A stretch of DNA of 62,088 bases, taken from Ancylonema sp. (taxonomy: Eukaryota). The translations under genes and the position numbers were made by a program. The stretch is taken from contig JBFLGF010000123.1 of NCBI GenBank assembly GCA_050230475.1, positions 1-62,088 of the forward strand, read 5' to 3'. The number at the start of each line of letters is the position of its first letter. The first letter of the stretch is position 1. Below, piece by piece: positions 36,801 through 50,000 of this stretch. A model generated the notes under the pieces. That model searched no databases and was not told the DNA's origin. It saw only the letters and a list, made by a program, of their open reading frames with translations.

Positions 36801-38297
36801 TGATAGCTTCAGGGCAGAATACCTGTGACGAAGGATGATACTTCTCCCTTGGTCCTGTTCAGACTACTACAGTGTAACCTGTCTAATGGAATAATGTCTA
36901 AAGGAATAACCTCTCTAAAGGAATAGCAAATTCCGGTCCCAAAACCGGAATTGTTAGGAACCGTCCCTGTCTAAGTGAATAACCTGTCTAAAGGAATATT
37001 ATTTCCCGGTCCCGACAGTATTCTTTTAGACAGTTTTTACTGTATGTGCAATATGTGAAAAACATCAAGAATAGGATGGTACTGTTTTTTCCTCCTGGTG
37101 CCACCTGGCGCCCTCTCCCTACCTCGCACCTCTGCAATGACGTGGTCCCCCAACCCCTCCACCGCACATCCCAGAAAGTCAAACCCCGGACCGAGGGTCG
37201 CCACTGTAGCGGGGGCGAATGCCTTGACACGTGTGAACAGCGGCTGGGGTTCAGAGGCAGTGAGGGGTTTGAGGGGGGGGAGAGCAGTCTCTGTCTGCAC
37301 GGCGCAAGTCACCTGCGGGGTTTGAGAAATAGGGTTCAGGTTCAGTACAGGTCAGGTTCACATTAGCTTCAGGTTAGGTTCAGGATAGGCCCATGGATTA
37401 CGTAATTAGGACGGTGGGCCAAGCTGCTGCAATGTTCATGTAAGTGGAGAGATTGGGAGGCTAGAGGGTGGGGGGTTGGGGGTTGGGGGTTGGAGATTGT
37501 GGTGTGCAGGAGAAGGAGGGTCCGGGGGGGGGGCAGTTGGCCGCGAGATGGGGGATGGGGTGTTGGAGTTTGGGCGGGTTTGGGGGCTGGGTGTTGGCGG
37601 GGTGGGAGGTAGGTGGGTTGTGGGGTTGGCGTCGAGGGGTTTGTGGTTTCGGTGCCGTTCATCACATAAAATTAGGGAGCTGGTGGTGCTTTCACGCTGT
37701 ACACCTGTAGGATGAAGTGTGTGTATAGAACAGCCCCATGGCTCGCACAACAGGGTGAGTAAGTCAGACTTTGTCGATGTTGCACTCTTGTATTTGCCAG
37801 TATTTCAGGGTTTTATAGAAGGACGTCGGAAGATAATGTAGAAGTCCAAGGAGACATTCGAGACTCCACATAGTGCCCTAAACTTAAAACCCTGAAACTT
37901 ATGTGTTCTTATCGTTGGCTACAGAGATCAGATTTCCGGAATACAAGCCGTGCTGAATCCGGCCACGTATCCTGATTCCTATTTTAAAGTTTTGTGGAGA
38001 TTATTCATCGCAGATATTAAGTACCAATGGTGCTTAATGGTTCATTTAAATCCATCAGGAGGGCTCTGGCCTATTTTTGGCAAGGGCGAAGAAAGTTCAT
38101 ACCCTGAATCTGGTCTTGGGTGATGCTCCTTGGACAGGTCGACAGCTTGTAATCGCAGACAGCTGCTGGGCGGCACCAAGAAAATGGTTTCTCCTGGAGG
38201 TGGACACGTGGCACCACCTCGGTGGGGCTGACAATCCGGAGGTGGAACATGTAGCGCCAAGAGCCACGGGGCAAGTTTCTAGGGCCGTAGCTGCCAT
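33807..38297 (-). CDS. HSK: Homoserine kinase, plastid-targeted (GHMP kinase)
   Basis: Exons 38297-38103, 37312-37130, 36421-36194, 35799-35542, 34625-34529, 34087-33807. Motifs APATVATLGPGFDFLG, KGLPLGSGLGSSAASA, HADNVGP, ISGAGPT. Confidence 0.96.
35277..35525. repeat. (CATAACAT)n-type intronic minisatellite
   Basis: Directly visible in an HSK intron. Confidence 0.85.
36868..37044. mobile_element. MITE family B, intronic in HSK
   Basis: TACAGT...ACTGTA; reverse-complement homolog of 10902-11082. Confidence 0.85.
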
Positions 38298-38797
38298 AGA
38301 GGACAACGTGAAAGTGCAGCTGCGGAAAGCGAGGCAAAACTCGCTGTTTTTTAACAAACTGAAACGATAAGTTGAGTTTAGTGGGATGAAATCAGCCAGC
38401 CAGTTTTATATATTGTAAATAGGCTTTGATGGAGTCACACTCTTTCAATCTAAGCAAAACCAATGTTGCAGTGTCGACTGCGGTAAGTCAACTTTACAAC
38501 TTCGTTATTGAATATCAGGTCTGCTTTGCTGCAAGTCGGGACAAAAACCCCAAGGATCCGTATTTGTGAAGAATGTCCTTTCCGACAATGTGCATAGTCT
38601 TTCCTTCAAGTACCTCTCGCTAGTTGCTACAGATACGTCAGCTATCTAGCGATGCCGTTCACCTGCCTCTTGCTTTCGCGCAAAATTCGGCGCGAAATAA
38701 ATCGCGACCAGCACTTGTATTAATGTACACCATGTCAAATATGTGTACAGGACGTAAGTTTTAATATAAAGATCGATATACCGCCGGTACTCGCCTG

Positions 38798-39346
38798 TAC
38801 AGTGCAGTCTTGATATAGTGACAATTGCGATATAGTGACATTTTTTTTGCCCTTTTTCTAATCCTATATAAAAACCCACTCTATATCGTGACAATCGCTC
38901 TAGTGACACACGTTATAGTGACCAAAAATTCCCAGATTTTTGTATTGCGATGTCACTATACGGTGAAACGTGTCTAAATTTATACTGTGAAAATTAGTAA
39001 CCTGTCTATTTTAACGAATACTATTCCTCCCGAATTGTTTTTACCCGAAATGTGACGCGTGAATTAATAACCAGTCTAATATCTTTTTTGTTTGATAGTT
39101 CCAACAATAGTCATGTAGACAAGTTTTACTACAGCGTGAGGATGTTTTAACAAAAGCCGTTGAGATGAGCCACCTCCGTTAAAATTTATCGACCTGAATT
39201 TCACTTTCTCTCGATATAGTGGCATTTTCCTATTGTCGCCCTATCAAATGTCACTATACAGTGTATAGTGACAGCCCTAGCATTCGATATAGTGACATGA
39301 AATCCCTATGTCTATAAAATTGTCACTATATCGAGACTGCACTGTA
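38798..39346. mobile_element. MITE family C, full length, between HSK and PII
   Basis: TIR tacagtgcagtcttgatatagtgacaatt / aattgtcactatatcgagactgcactgta. Confidence 0.9.
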
Positions 39347-39419
39347 CTTTGTTCCGGATTCACGGCGCCGCATGCGACCTTCCGATTCGTCAGGCGCCGT
39401 TTTTAAACACACGTATGCC

Positions 39420-39620
39420 CGTACTGGCACGTGGCATAGAGCCACATCCAATCATTGAATACTTGAAAAACAACGGCCAATAGAATATAATTTATTTGCC
39501 ACACAGGCACAACGTGACCTGTTGGATTGCCTGGCTGGCTGCACGTGCTCTCCCTGGTGGGAGGCGCTCAACCATATTCACGGCGGCAATTATCCGATTG
39601 TGGCATGCCACGTGAAAACC
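39420..39620. promoter_or_regulatory. Putative PII promoter with G-boxes and CCAAT boxes
   Basis: Three CACGTG (~39428, ~39542, ~39609) and CCAAT (~39448, ~39477), just upstream of a candidate 5'UTR intron donor (gtaagt, 39662). Confidence 0.45.
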
Positions 39621-40155
39621 GCTCGGTTATCGAGAAAGGGTTGTTCACTTTCAGTCCATCGGTAAGTCTGTCTGTAATACCCCACCACAACTGCGAATGT
39701 GTTGCTGAATCGTGTATCGATCCCCAGTCGAAGATCACGTGGAGTTTAGAGTAACGTGAAGGTAATAGAATTTCGTATATAGTGGAAGGAAATCAGGTTG
39801 AGGTTGACCGAGTAGCGAAAACGACATTGAATGGCGTTGGTGACATTGTCAGTCGTACAAAACTTTCTCCTTGGTAATAAGTTATCGGGGCGAGGATGGT
39901 CTCGGAATGCTTTAATGAGCAAGCGACATTGATGTATCTACGCCTGAACTGCATTGCGCACATTTTCGGCCAATGCAGGAGCTGCGACAAGCCAAATTTG
40001 GTTGGAATGTCGAATGATACACAAACATTGAGATCTTGTGATCGGACAGCGAATTTAACCAGTCACTCGTGCCGTTCCTACATGCCTCCTCAGGTTTCAT
40101 CACGGCAGACAAGTAAGGACCGGCGCTCCCGCTGTCTTCCGTCGCAGCCGCCGTC

Positions 40156-43100
40156 ATGGCCGCGGTACAGCTGGCAGTCCGCTCTGTGGCCATTGGTGCG
40201 GCCTGTTCCAGCTCCGGGACGTCAGCTGCGCCAAGGCGCTGCCACGTTTCTGCCTCCTTGAAAAGTCCCTTTTTGGGAGCCACTCCGCAGCTGCCAGCTG
40301 TCCAAAGCTGCCGACCTCTTCCGTCTGTGGGGTATCAGAATGCGTTCCGCGTACGGGCCTCCGCTGACAGCGGGGCAGGGATTGACTTGGAGGACATCTC
40401 GAAAAGTGAGGCTCTCTGGCTCTGTTGACTTCTTTGGTCAAGGTGATGATTGCACCACAAACGCCGTGAGCAGTACCTGATTTCTCGCACCTGATAGGAA
40501 ACAGCCAACGGGTAATGTACCAGCCACGTGTCGAAATCGTGACCCTCAGCTACTCTTGAATGGAGATGAGAAGATGACAGTCCGCCTCACGTAGGACATG
40601 AGGATGACGTCATATGGAATTGTCGATGGTGATGCATACATTATCTCTCTTCCAGACCCACGTGTGACATCACCACGTGACATCACCTGGTGGATGACTG
40701 AAAAAGGGGGGGGGGGGCTCAAACCAGAGCAGAGTAAAATGGAAGCCAATTTCGAACTTCGAATTTCAATGTGGTGCCTCGTCAAACTCGGTTATCAAAA
40801 CACATCTTAACCATGCAGTCAGTGTCCCGTCCCCCGCCCCCCAACCCTCGATGGTGCAGCCCTTGTCCCCGCTGCGACGTTCTACAAGATTGAGGCAATT
40901 ATTCGCCCCTGGCGTCTGCAGTTTGTCGCAAAGGTGAGGGATGGTCGTTGCATACAAGAAGCCGGGAAGTGGTCCCAGGAAGCTTCCGGGAAAGCACGGG
41001 GAGTGGTTTTGTGTGTACCCTGTCTCCTGAAACAAAACGAAAACAAACAGAAAGTTATTTGGGACACAAAACCCAAAGTGAAAACATTCAGGAGAATCGT
41101 AGTGTGAGATTATGTCGAAGATCCGAGATTGGAGATCTTACAACGAAAATTTCATACCAGGGTTTGGATCGTGGGTTCTGATTTTGTCTTTTGTCTTTTA
41201 AAGTGTGTCCAGTCTTGTTTTTGTCGTCGGACTCTTTTTGTTTTCTTGGATGTGGCGTCAGCACCGATCCTGAACCCTACAAAAAACACAAATATCACAT
41301 GAACATGATCCTGAACCCTTCAAAAAAAAAACATAAAGTCATATTAACACGATCCTACAGAAAGGGGAAAAAAAGGAAACACGCACGGGAAAAAAAAAAA
41401 AAAAAAAAACTTGAAGAGGCCTGATGTTAGGGCCTAATTAAAATACACAACTTAGGGGCCAACTTGAAGGGTTACAAGTGGGCGAAGATTTGAGGTATAT
41501 AAAGGAGACATGCATTTTTTCCCCCTCTCTTTTGTGTTTCCTTCCCCCCCCCGCGTTGTTTTTTTTTCCAGAACATTTATCTGTCATAGCCCAAAGTCCC
41601 TCCCAGTTCCCAATCCTTCTCAACTCGCACCACCTCGTCCCCAAAAACCGTTTCCCTTTTCCTCATTTCTCCACGATTTCTTTCCTCTTTCCTCGTTGGT
41701 CGAACAATTCCTAGATGCCCTCAACGTAGCTCATCCGCCCCCCTGTCTGCCCCCCCCTCCCAGGCTCTCCTCCAGGTGGGTATCCGCGGAGTGACCGTCT
41801 CTGACGTCAGAGGGTTTGGCGCTCAGGGAGGGTCGAGAGAGAGACAGGCTGGTGAGGGAGGGGGTGGGGGGGCAGGGGGGCGGGGGGGCGGGGGGGCTGG
41901 GGGGTTGGGAGGGGGTCAGGGCTGGGGAGCTGGCGATGACACTTAGTGTTGTCGGATGTCTGATGTCTGATGGGAACATTTTAGACTTAGAATCGCACTC
42001 GAAAAGGGGGAGACGGAGTCAGTTTGGGGTCTGGTTTCTGGTCGTCTTGTAAAAAAAGGGCATTAAAAGAAAAAATCGGGTGCAAAACGGGTATCCGATG
42101 TTGTCTGGAGGCTGCAGGGGGGAAGGAGTGGGAGAGGGGGGGGGGGAGAGAGAGACAGAGGAGGTTCTTCCGGGAGATGTGGCCCATGTTTCTGTGCCAG
42201 GTGGCGCTGTTCTCACTTGCCACGTGTCCTGTGGGTGTCGCAGGATCCGAGTTCACGGACGACAAATTTGTGGTCAAGTCCAAACTCGAAATCGTGGTCA
42301 CCTACGAACAGGTAAGGAGAATCAAGGACTCAAGGAGTACCCCCCAGGGGGCCCCCCCCTCCCACATTGGACTGCTGGTCACTCAAAATGCAAATGGGGG
42401 AGGAAATAAAATAGAAGAACTAAGATTTCTTATATTTGATGTGTAAAAAGACAGGGGTGGATGCGAACTACGATCTCAGAAACTCCTCCACTGGAACCGA
42501 TTGATTTTTTTATTCCTCCTGATAAATAAATTTAGTGTGTCTATCAGACCTCTTTGATTTGACGAAATCTAAGTTGACTGGATACTGAATCTGGTAATTG
42601 TATTCCTGTGTGTATGTATGTGTAGGTGTATGTATGTATATGTATATATGTATATGTATATATGTATATATGTATATGTATATATGTATATGTATATATG
42701 TATATGTGTATATGTACATATCTATGTGTGTGTGTCTGGTGGAAATGAACTTTGCTTCCAATAAACTAATGTATAAACTCGTTCCGTTCTCCATCTTTCC
42801 CTCCACCCATACGTATATCATGGAACTCAATATGGATAATATACTTTTTGTCCTACCCAAACCAGACATAAATCTGTGCCAGACATGAATGGTATCAATG
42901 GGGAAGTCCACAATGGAAGTTATGAAATCTAAAGTACACCGAAACCACTAGAGTATCCCGGATTCCCGTATAAGATCTTGTTCGTAAGAAACACTTGTCG
43001 GTTAAGATTGTACTTTTTTTCCCGTTGTTTTTCTCCGGGTTTTGATACTTCCACTACAGTCAACCCTAGGCATCCTAGGCTCCATAGGCGTCCTTCTGGT

Positions 43101-44765
43101 CGGCCAGTAGAGGGTGTGCCCTGAGAAAGGGGTGAAATCTGTAGGATTGCCTTTACAGGGGATGTGCCTATGCAGAGGGTGCATGTTGAGAGAAAAAACT
43201 ATAGAAACTGCAGAAGGTAGGAGAAACATTCGATGATTGAAACTACTTCCTCTGCCAGTTTCTGGTTCTTAAAGCGAGGCAATGAGCACGTGCGATTTTT
43301 TAAGGTATACTGTACTGTACTACCTACCTTGCTTCCCGACCCTTGTCCGGAGTCTATCGACGTCCCCGCCTCCCTCCGCCCCCCCGCAAACAGTCATTCC
43401 TACTCCCCCCAACCCTTCACCCCCCCACCCCCTGCCCCCCTTGCCCCCTGACCCAGACCCCAGACCCCAGACCCCAGGCCCTTACCGCAATTGATTCACT
43501 ATTCTATACTTGATACTGAGACCCGATTTCACATTCATATGTGATCGACAATAATGCCTTTTTATATGTGGAGCGGTACGTGTTGATAATTGCAGATGTA
43601 CAATGTCCTCTGTCTAAATCAGTCGTCACGGTAGGAGTCAAGACAGGTTTTTCTTTCATTTAATAATCACGAAATACATCGAAGATGGACATCCCTCCCA
43701 CCTGTCACCGAAATAAGCTTCCCCACTGACTGGGTGCGCCAGTGAGGTCCTGCCACCTGTCCTCAAATTGGTCCTGCCACCTGTCCCGTCCAGGTGGAGG
43801 CCGTGATCGAGACCATCATCGCAGAGGCGAGGACGGGAGAAATCGGAGACGGGAAGATTTTCGGTGCGTGCTCTCGAGTTTGTCTGTCCCACACACATAA
43901 TTCTACTCCCAGTACCGTTGTCTACCTAACAACTTACAACCACCCCACCTCACACACGTGTGAATCAGAAGAAAAGGAAGGACCTGTCTCTGGGCAGGGG
44001 TGACATCCCCAGGACCTCTACGTCGCACACTGGTTGCAGATCCAGTTTTTTTGACAGCGGATTCATTTCGGGGGGGGGTACCGATTAACTTGTCAAGGCA
44101 GAGGGGGTCTGATGGAGATTTTCCTTCTGCTTTCTCCCTCCTCCTCTTTTCCTTCTTCTCCTTCTTCTCCTTCTTCTCCTTCTTCTCCTTCTTTTCCTTC
44201 TTCTCCTTCTTCTCCTTCTTCTCCTGCCCCTCATTCTCCCTTCTCCCCACCTCCCGATTCTGGGTGTCTCCAAAATGAGACGTCTTTGATTTAAAGCCTC
44301 CCTCGCTCGAAGACTTGCTCAATATGTACAGCTGCCAACGCACACGTGTCACGCTTCACGGTCTCACGTGTCTCAACCACGTGCACGAGAAGTCGAGGGA
44401 ACTGACTGGCTGAATGTTGGGTGTGACTTCTGCCGGTTTTGCAGTATCCCCCGTGGCAGAAGTCATCCGTGTACGGACAGGTGAGAGCAGGAGGGGTGCG
44501 TCATCGTTTGAATCTGGTTTCCCATGTGCCTCCCCACTAGTTATTACGTATCTACGGACGACAGGCGCAACTCTTTTCGTACTGAAACTTTTTACTCAGA
44601 TTTTCTACCGCTGGGATGGGAGGTGATATGGAGAGAGTCTGGCGGGGTCCCGAAATGGTTCCCTGAAAAGAGAGACAAGCTTTTGAGGTTGCAGGGGAGC
44701 GCGGTGTAGAAGCGGAACGGATGGCTGGAGGGCGAATGGAGCTCCTGTCGAGCAAGACCGAATGA
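40156..44765 (+). CDS. GLB1: PII nitrogen-sensing protein, plastid
   Basis: Exons 40156-40405, 40860-40933, 41764-41851, 42244-42311, 43794-43863, 44445-44480, 44695-44765. Motifs FYKIEAIIRPWR, GIRGVTVSDVRGFGAQGG, GSEF, ARTGEIGDGKIF, VIRVRTGERG..AERMAGG. Confidence 0.97.
42610..42735. repeat. (TATG/TA)n microsatellite in PII intron
   Basis: Directly visible. Confidence 0.85.
44148..44225. repeat. (TTCTCCTTC)n tandem repeat in PII intron
   Basis: Directly visible. Confidence 0.85.
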
Positions 44766-47089
44766 AAAACATCTACACGGAACAAGTCACTCAATCCTCC
44801 TCCTAGTGTTGGGAGTTTGTTGTTTGTTGGTTATTACACTGGTCGGAGTTTAAGGTTCGTTGGATGGCATCTGTATCCCAACCCGGAAGCGTTTGGAGAA
44901 AGGGGGGTAGGATTTGAGCATTTGAAGCACATCTCTTGATGATTTAGAAAACATTTTAGTCTACATTTTATGACTAGGTGTAAAACGTCAGCAAATGATG
45001 GCATGTGTCGTGAAGACCCATTGACTTGTGTAACTTCAGGGCTTGGTACTATCGTTAGGGCTTGAGGGTGTAGCGTGAAGGTGATTTTACCTTTCATATT
45101 TTTGTACCTCTAATAACTAATAACACTAGTCACAGAGGAGATGACCTTTGTCCATGCTAACCGCTTTCAAGTGTTTAATTTGGGTGTGAGTGGTCGGATG
45201 GTCATGGGGGACCCACCATGTCTTCTTCAAGGCCTTCTTTTGGGCCGCCTTCGTTATGAGTGCCAAATCGCTCACAAATAATCCACCGCTGTAGGCGAAG
45301 CTGGGCATGATAGGGGTGGCGTTTCCTTGTGGATAACTTACCACGTACTTGTAAGGTGAGGTGGCATCCAATTGGATAATGTCGATGAACTCATACCAGT
45401 GCCTCGGAAGATTCAAAATGGATGCAACTACGGTATACTCGACTTGTTATCACGCCCAATCGAGGAGATGAGCAACGAATAGAAAGTATGTTGACTAGAA
45501 CTCTGCAGATTCGAATTACGACAATCCAACGTAACACGAGCAATTAAATGACGTCACGTCCTTTGTCAATAGAATACCCAATGAAGAATCATGGTAGTTA
45601 CAACGGACCATGCACCAAACCCCACAAGGTACTTGCGTTACCACACGCAGGATAGCATACATGTTAGAGACTACAAGGTACATTTTTTCCGGTAGTTTTC
45701 TGGTAGCACTTCTCGCGTAGGGATGAGAAAACAGGTGGTGATTATACACCAGAACGTACATGTCAACCCTGTCATGGACACGTGCGACCAGCAAATACAC
45801 TAGACGAGTGTATGCACCTCGTTGCATGCGTTCAATGTTGTTTACATGTGCACATGCAGCTCCATCTCCATATCTCGACGATACCTCGGGAAGACGGACG
45901 TGGTAGACATTGCTTGTGTGATAGTCGAGAGGCGATTTATCTTTCAGTGTTTTTGTTATTACCTTACGTAGTTAAGGAGTCGAAATCAATATTGTGTTAC
46001 ATTCACAACTTCACTTATCTCTCTACCTTGTGAATTATGGCTCCCGACCGGCCAGTGGAAAAATGCAAAAACTAACTTCGTATCAACGCTTGTATTAACC
46101 TCGTGGAAGACACCCTCGATGACACATGCACCATTCCCGCTACAGGCAAGAATAAACTTTACAATGAAGGGTGACATCATCCGAAACTCGTTCTCAATTC
46201 CTTTTGACAAAGTTCGGGAGGGTAATCGGGAATTGCGGAGCCATGAAAGCGTTAAGCTAAGAAGCCACATCGACGGGAATATTCTCATCCATACAAATAT
46301 CGTCTTCAATTCACAATATCGGCAAGTCATCGATAAAATACCGAATCAGCTCAATTCAAGATATCATGTACACGTGTATTTTAATTTACTTCTATAGGTT
46401 CTCAAATCAAAGAAATCATCTAAAATAAAAAGATGCCTTCTCCCCACTTCACGTCTGCAACGGTCGGTCGCTCAAACAACCAAAAACTCAACAACTGCGC
46501 CATTTATCGAAACAACGTCCATTTGAAATTAGTGCACACATCACCTATGGAACAAAAAGTTATGATGATATTCTAGCGAATCATTCTTTGTCCCGGCCAC
46601 AATCTTTGGCCTATCACCATCAAACAGATGGACGCCTTACAATGCCACCGTCATCGCGGATTGTGGTCGGTTACAACCCCTCGTGAGGATGACATGTCAA
46701 CGATAAATTGAGCAACACTTGTTTCAGTTTCATTTGTTTCAGTTTTCGGTCATCTGGCCCGCGTCAACTAGGTGGTCCACGTCGGACGGACAGCCAATCA
46801 GCGGTCTAATCATACGATTCCCTTCACTTTCTCCAATCAAATTGTGAGCCCACGGGTCGGCATGCTGAAAATAACCTGAAGACTGACCGAAGTTTGTTTC
46901 GTTTCCGGTACACAACCTCCTCTGTAACGGATATTGTTTGTCGTATTTGATCATCATTTTTTGTCATTTCTACACGGAGAGGTTCCTGCTGCATAACTGG
47001 TTTCTCTTACCATACCTATTCGGTGTATGTCTTGTCATGATTGGTTTTTTCAAGTGGCGTATCCGCGTCAACACTTTTATGGAAGTCTG

Positions 47090-50000
47090 TGTGAGTGCTT
47101 TCTTCTGCCATCGATGCAAGAATAAAGCACAATTCTCTCAGACAACTCTTGAATCGACAGATCACGTCATTACAAACGTTCACACAACAAAAGTGCAACT
47201 TTGAAGTAGAAAAGTCTGATTACAGAATTCAGCATACAAGCTCAGACCTAGTACAGTCGATTGTTACCTGGTCAAAGAATCTACTGGTATTGAAACTACT
47301 TCGTCAACTGCCAATCATATCCAAGCATTCTGCCACATCAACTAGTTCTTATCGACACTTGTGCCAGATGGCCAAGCTAATCATTGAAACAAGGACATCG
47401 GCCTGCAGCCGGCCAGCAGCCTGCCTGCAGCCTGCATTTTCTAAATAACGACAAAACTAAAGCTAAATTCCCGGTATTGCTAAAATCGATATAACGACAA
47501 AAGTTCACAGCCCCAAAAACTAACACCCCCTCCCCGGGTACTTTTGTATTCCTCCAAAAACGATAACCAAAACGATATCGATTTTACAAAACATAAGTCG
47601 ACAAAAAACTCACTAAATAAACTGATCAATGAACCATCTACAATTATTTTGCATACACCAACCCCCCAGATCACAATTCTTCTTCAACGCCTTGAGAGAC
47701 AGTGGTTTTGTCAACATATCAGCACCTGGTCTTCATTCTTGACAAACTGAGACTGATCTTTTTCTTGGACACCCTCTCTCGAATGGAATGATACTTGATC
47801 TCGATGTGTTTGGAGCGACAGGATGTTGATCTCGATGTGTGTGGAGCGCTTGTGAAAAACAGGATTCTCAGCAAGATTCAAAGAACTCTCATTGTCTCCC
47901 AGCAATAGCACACCCCCCCCACCAAGACCCAACTCCTATTGCATCTGGCTCAAATAAATGGCCTCATTTCCAGCAGCACTCAGTGCCAAATACTCACTTT
48001 CACAGCTTGAGTGTGTACCACTTTTCCAGCTCACAACAGCTCCTCCACGAAGAAAGACATAGCCAGTTCTCCCCTTCCTAGTGTCGACGTCGTCACCATG
48101 ACTAGCATCTGAGTAGCCGATGACTGGCAAATCATCTTTTCTTATACATCAGCGCCCCAAATTGACAGTTCCCTTGAGATATCGCAAAACTCTCTTTACC
48201 CCCTCCCAATGCTTGTCCCCTGGCTGCTGACTGTATCGACACAAGGAGTTAACAGCAGCTGCCAGATCAGGTCTTGTTCTAGAAGTGAGATACAACAAAT
48301 TGCCCATTGCAGACTTGTAGCCCACACCCTCTATTCCAGCAGATTCAGAAGCAGATTCACAGTTTGCAGAAAATTTTACACCCAGCTCAAGAGGGGTAGC
48401 ATCATCAGGATACCATTCTGGAACAACTTCTAGATGATCTTCGTCTTCATCGCCTCCACTAGAATTGCTGACAAGTTCTGGAAGATTTGCACTCTGAGGA
48501 ATAGGGGATCTCGGTAGCTGTGGCAATAGATTTCCCACAGCATCAGGGATCTCTTCATCGACGGAATTTGGATCGTTATAGGCAGGTTGCCCACCTCTAG
48601 AAATGCCCCCTCCGAGACCAACACTACCCCCTCCTGCTCCTTGATCAGCTGCATCCAGATCTGGCCGTGACATTTTTGTTTCTGCAACTGGCTCATGCAC
48701 TCTTGCCTTCTTGCCAATTTTCTGCCCCCTCCACCAGCTTTGCTTGACAGATTCATCGAAGTCTGCATGACCAGTGCCAACGTTGTGTACTTTGTTCGTT
48801 GCAGGATCCCAGACTCGGTAGCAAGGACTGTCGGGATTCCATCCACCTAAAACACCAAGCCAAGCCAGCGCACTCATTTTCCCAGCCCGACACTCATTTT
48901 CCCAGCCCGATCTTGTTTGAGACGAGGAGCTGCATCTTCTTTGCTGCGAAGTATTTCCACCCAGGATTTTCGGCTGTATTCATCGACGAGCACCATGTTG
49001 TACACTGCTTCCCCTATTGATGGTGGATTGAACGGCCCTGCCAAGTCCACCGACACTCTTTTCACCAACTTCTCGTCGAGGATGAGGTTTGTCGTGTGCC
49101 TTCCCCAGCTTGCACCCTTCACAGTTTCGCAGAACTCTTGAGATGCCTCTTTTTAGTCCTCGTACAATATGTTGTCGTGCCACATTTTTTAGCACTCTCT
49201 CATTTGCATGCCCAAGTCTTGTGTGCAGGAGGTTGATTTCGACAGCAACTACAACAGCTTCCCCTTAAGTAAGTTGTTGATGTCGAACCGGTGTGCAGAT
49301 TAGAGTTTTTCGAACTGTCGATGTTTCTTGCAGAGTGCAAACTTGTTGTCCAGATTTTTTGTAAAGTGGAATGATGCCACCAGCTTTTCCACTGCAAGTG
49401 TAAGACCACCCTGCTTCTCTGGCTTTCTGACCGGTAAACAAATTAATGCGCATTGCAGGAATGTACAAACATTTCTTGAGTGTTACTCCTCCACACACTC
49501 CCTCAGTATTCAGCTCAATTGTTCCCCACTGCTTCACTCGCACACTTCCGACCAGATGATGCATGATGACCTCGTGTGGAATGTCTTCGATGATTTTGAA
49601 AAGATTTTTTATGCCCACAAGAATGGTGACTGGAACCATCGTCGAAAAGGAAATCTTTCTCTGCATCATCATCATCTGCAACATTTCCTTCACAAATTTT
49701 GGAGCAACGACAGCTTCTCCATGACCACAACTCTCCTCCTCATCGATTTCACCAACGAAAGCTATTTTTCTCCTAGTGCGTACCCCTTTTCTCCGTATTC
49801 GTGGAGCTTCGTTTTTCTTGTCGAAACATGTTAATTCCACATGACCAATGGCTCCACATCTGCATTCTTCGTTTTTCTTGGAGCAGTCTCTGCTGTAGTG
49901 ACCTGTCTCTCCACAAGTATAGCAGGAATGTCCTCCACTTGATCCATTGCCTCCACGTCTGCCTCCACGACCACCTATGATTCCACGATTATCTGCTAAA

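Noticed and set aside
45126..46700. Degenerate minus-strand ORF fragments after PII
   Set aside because: Look like a decayed coding or TE remnant, but I cannot assign a family.
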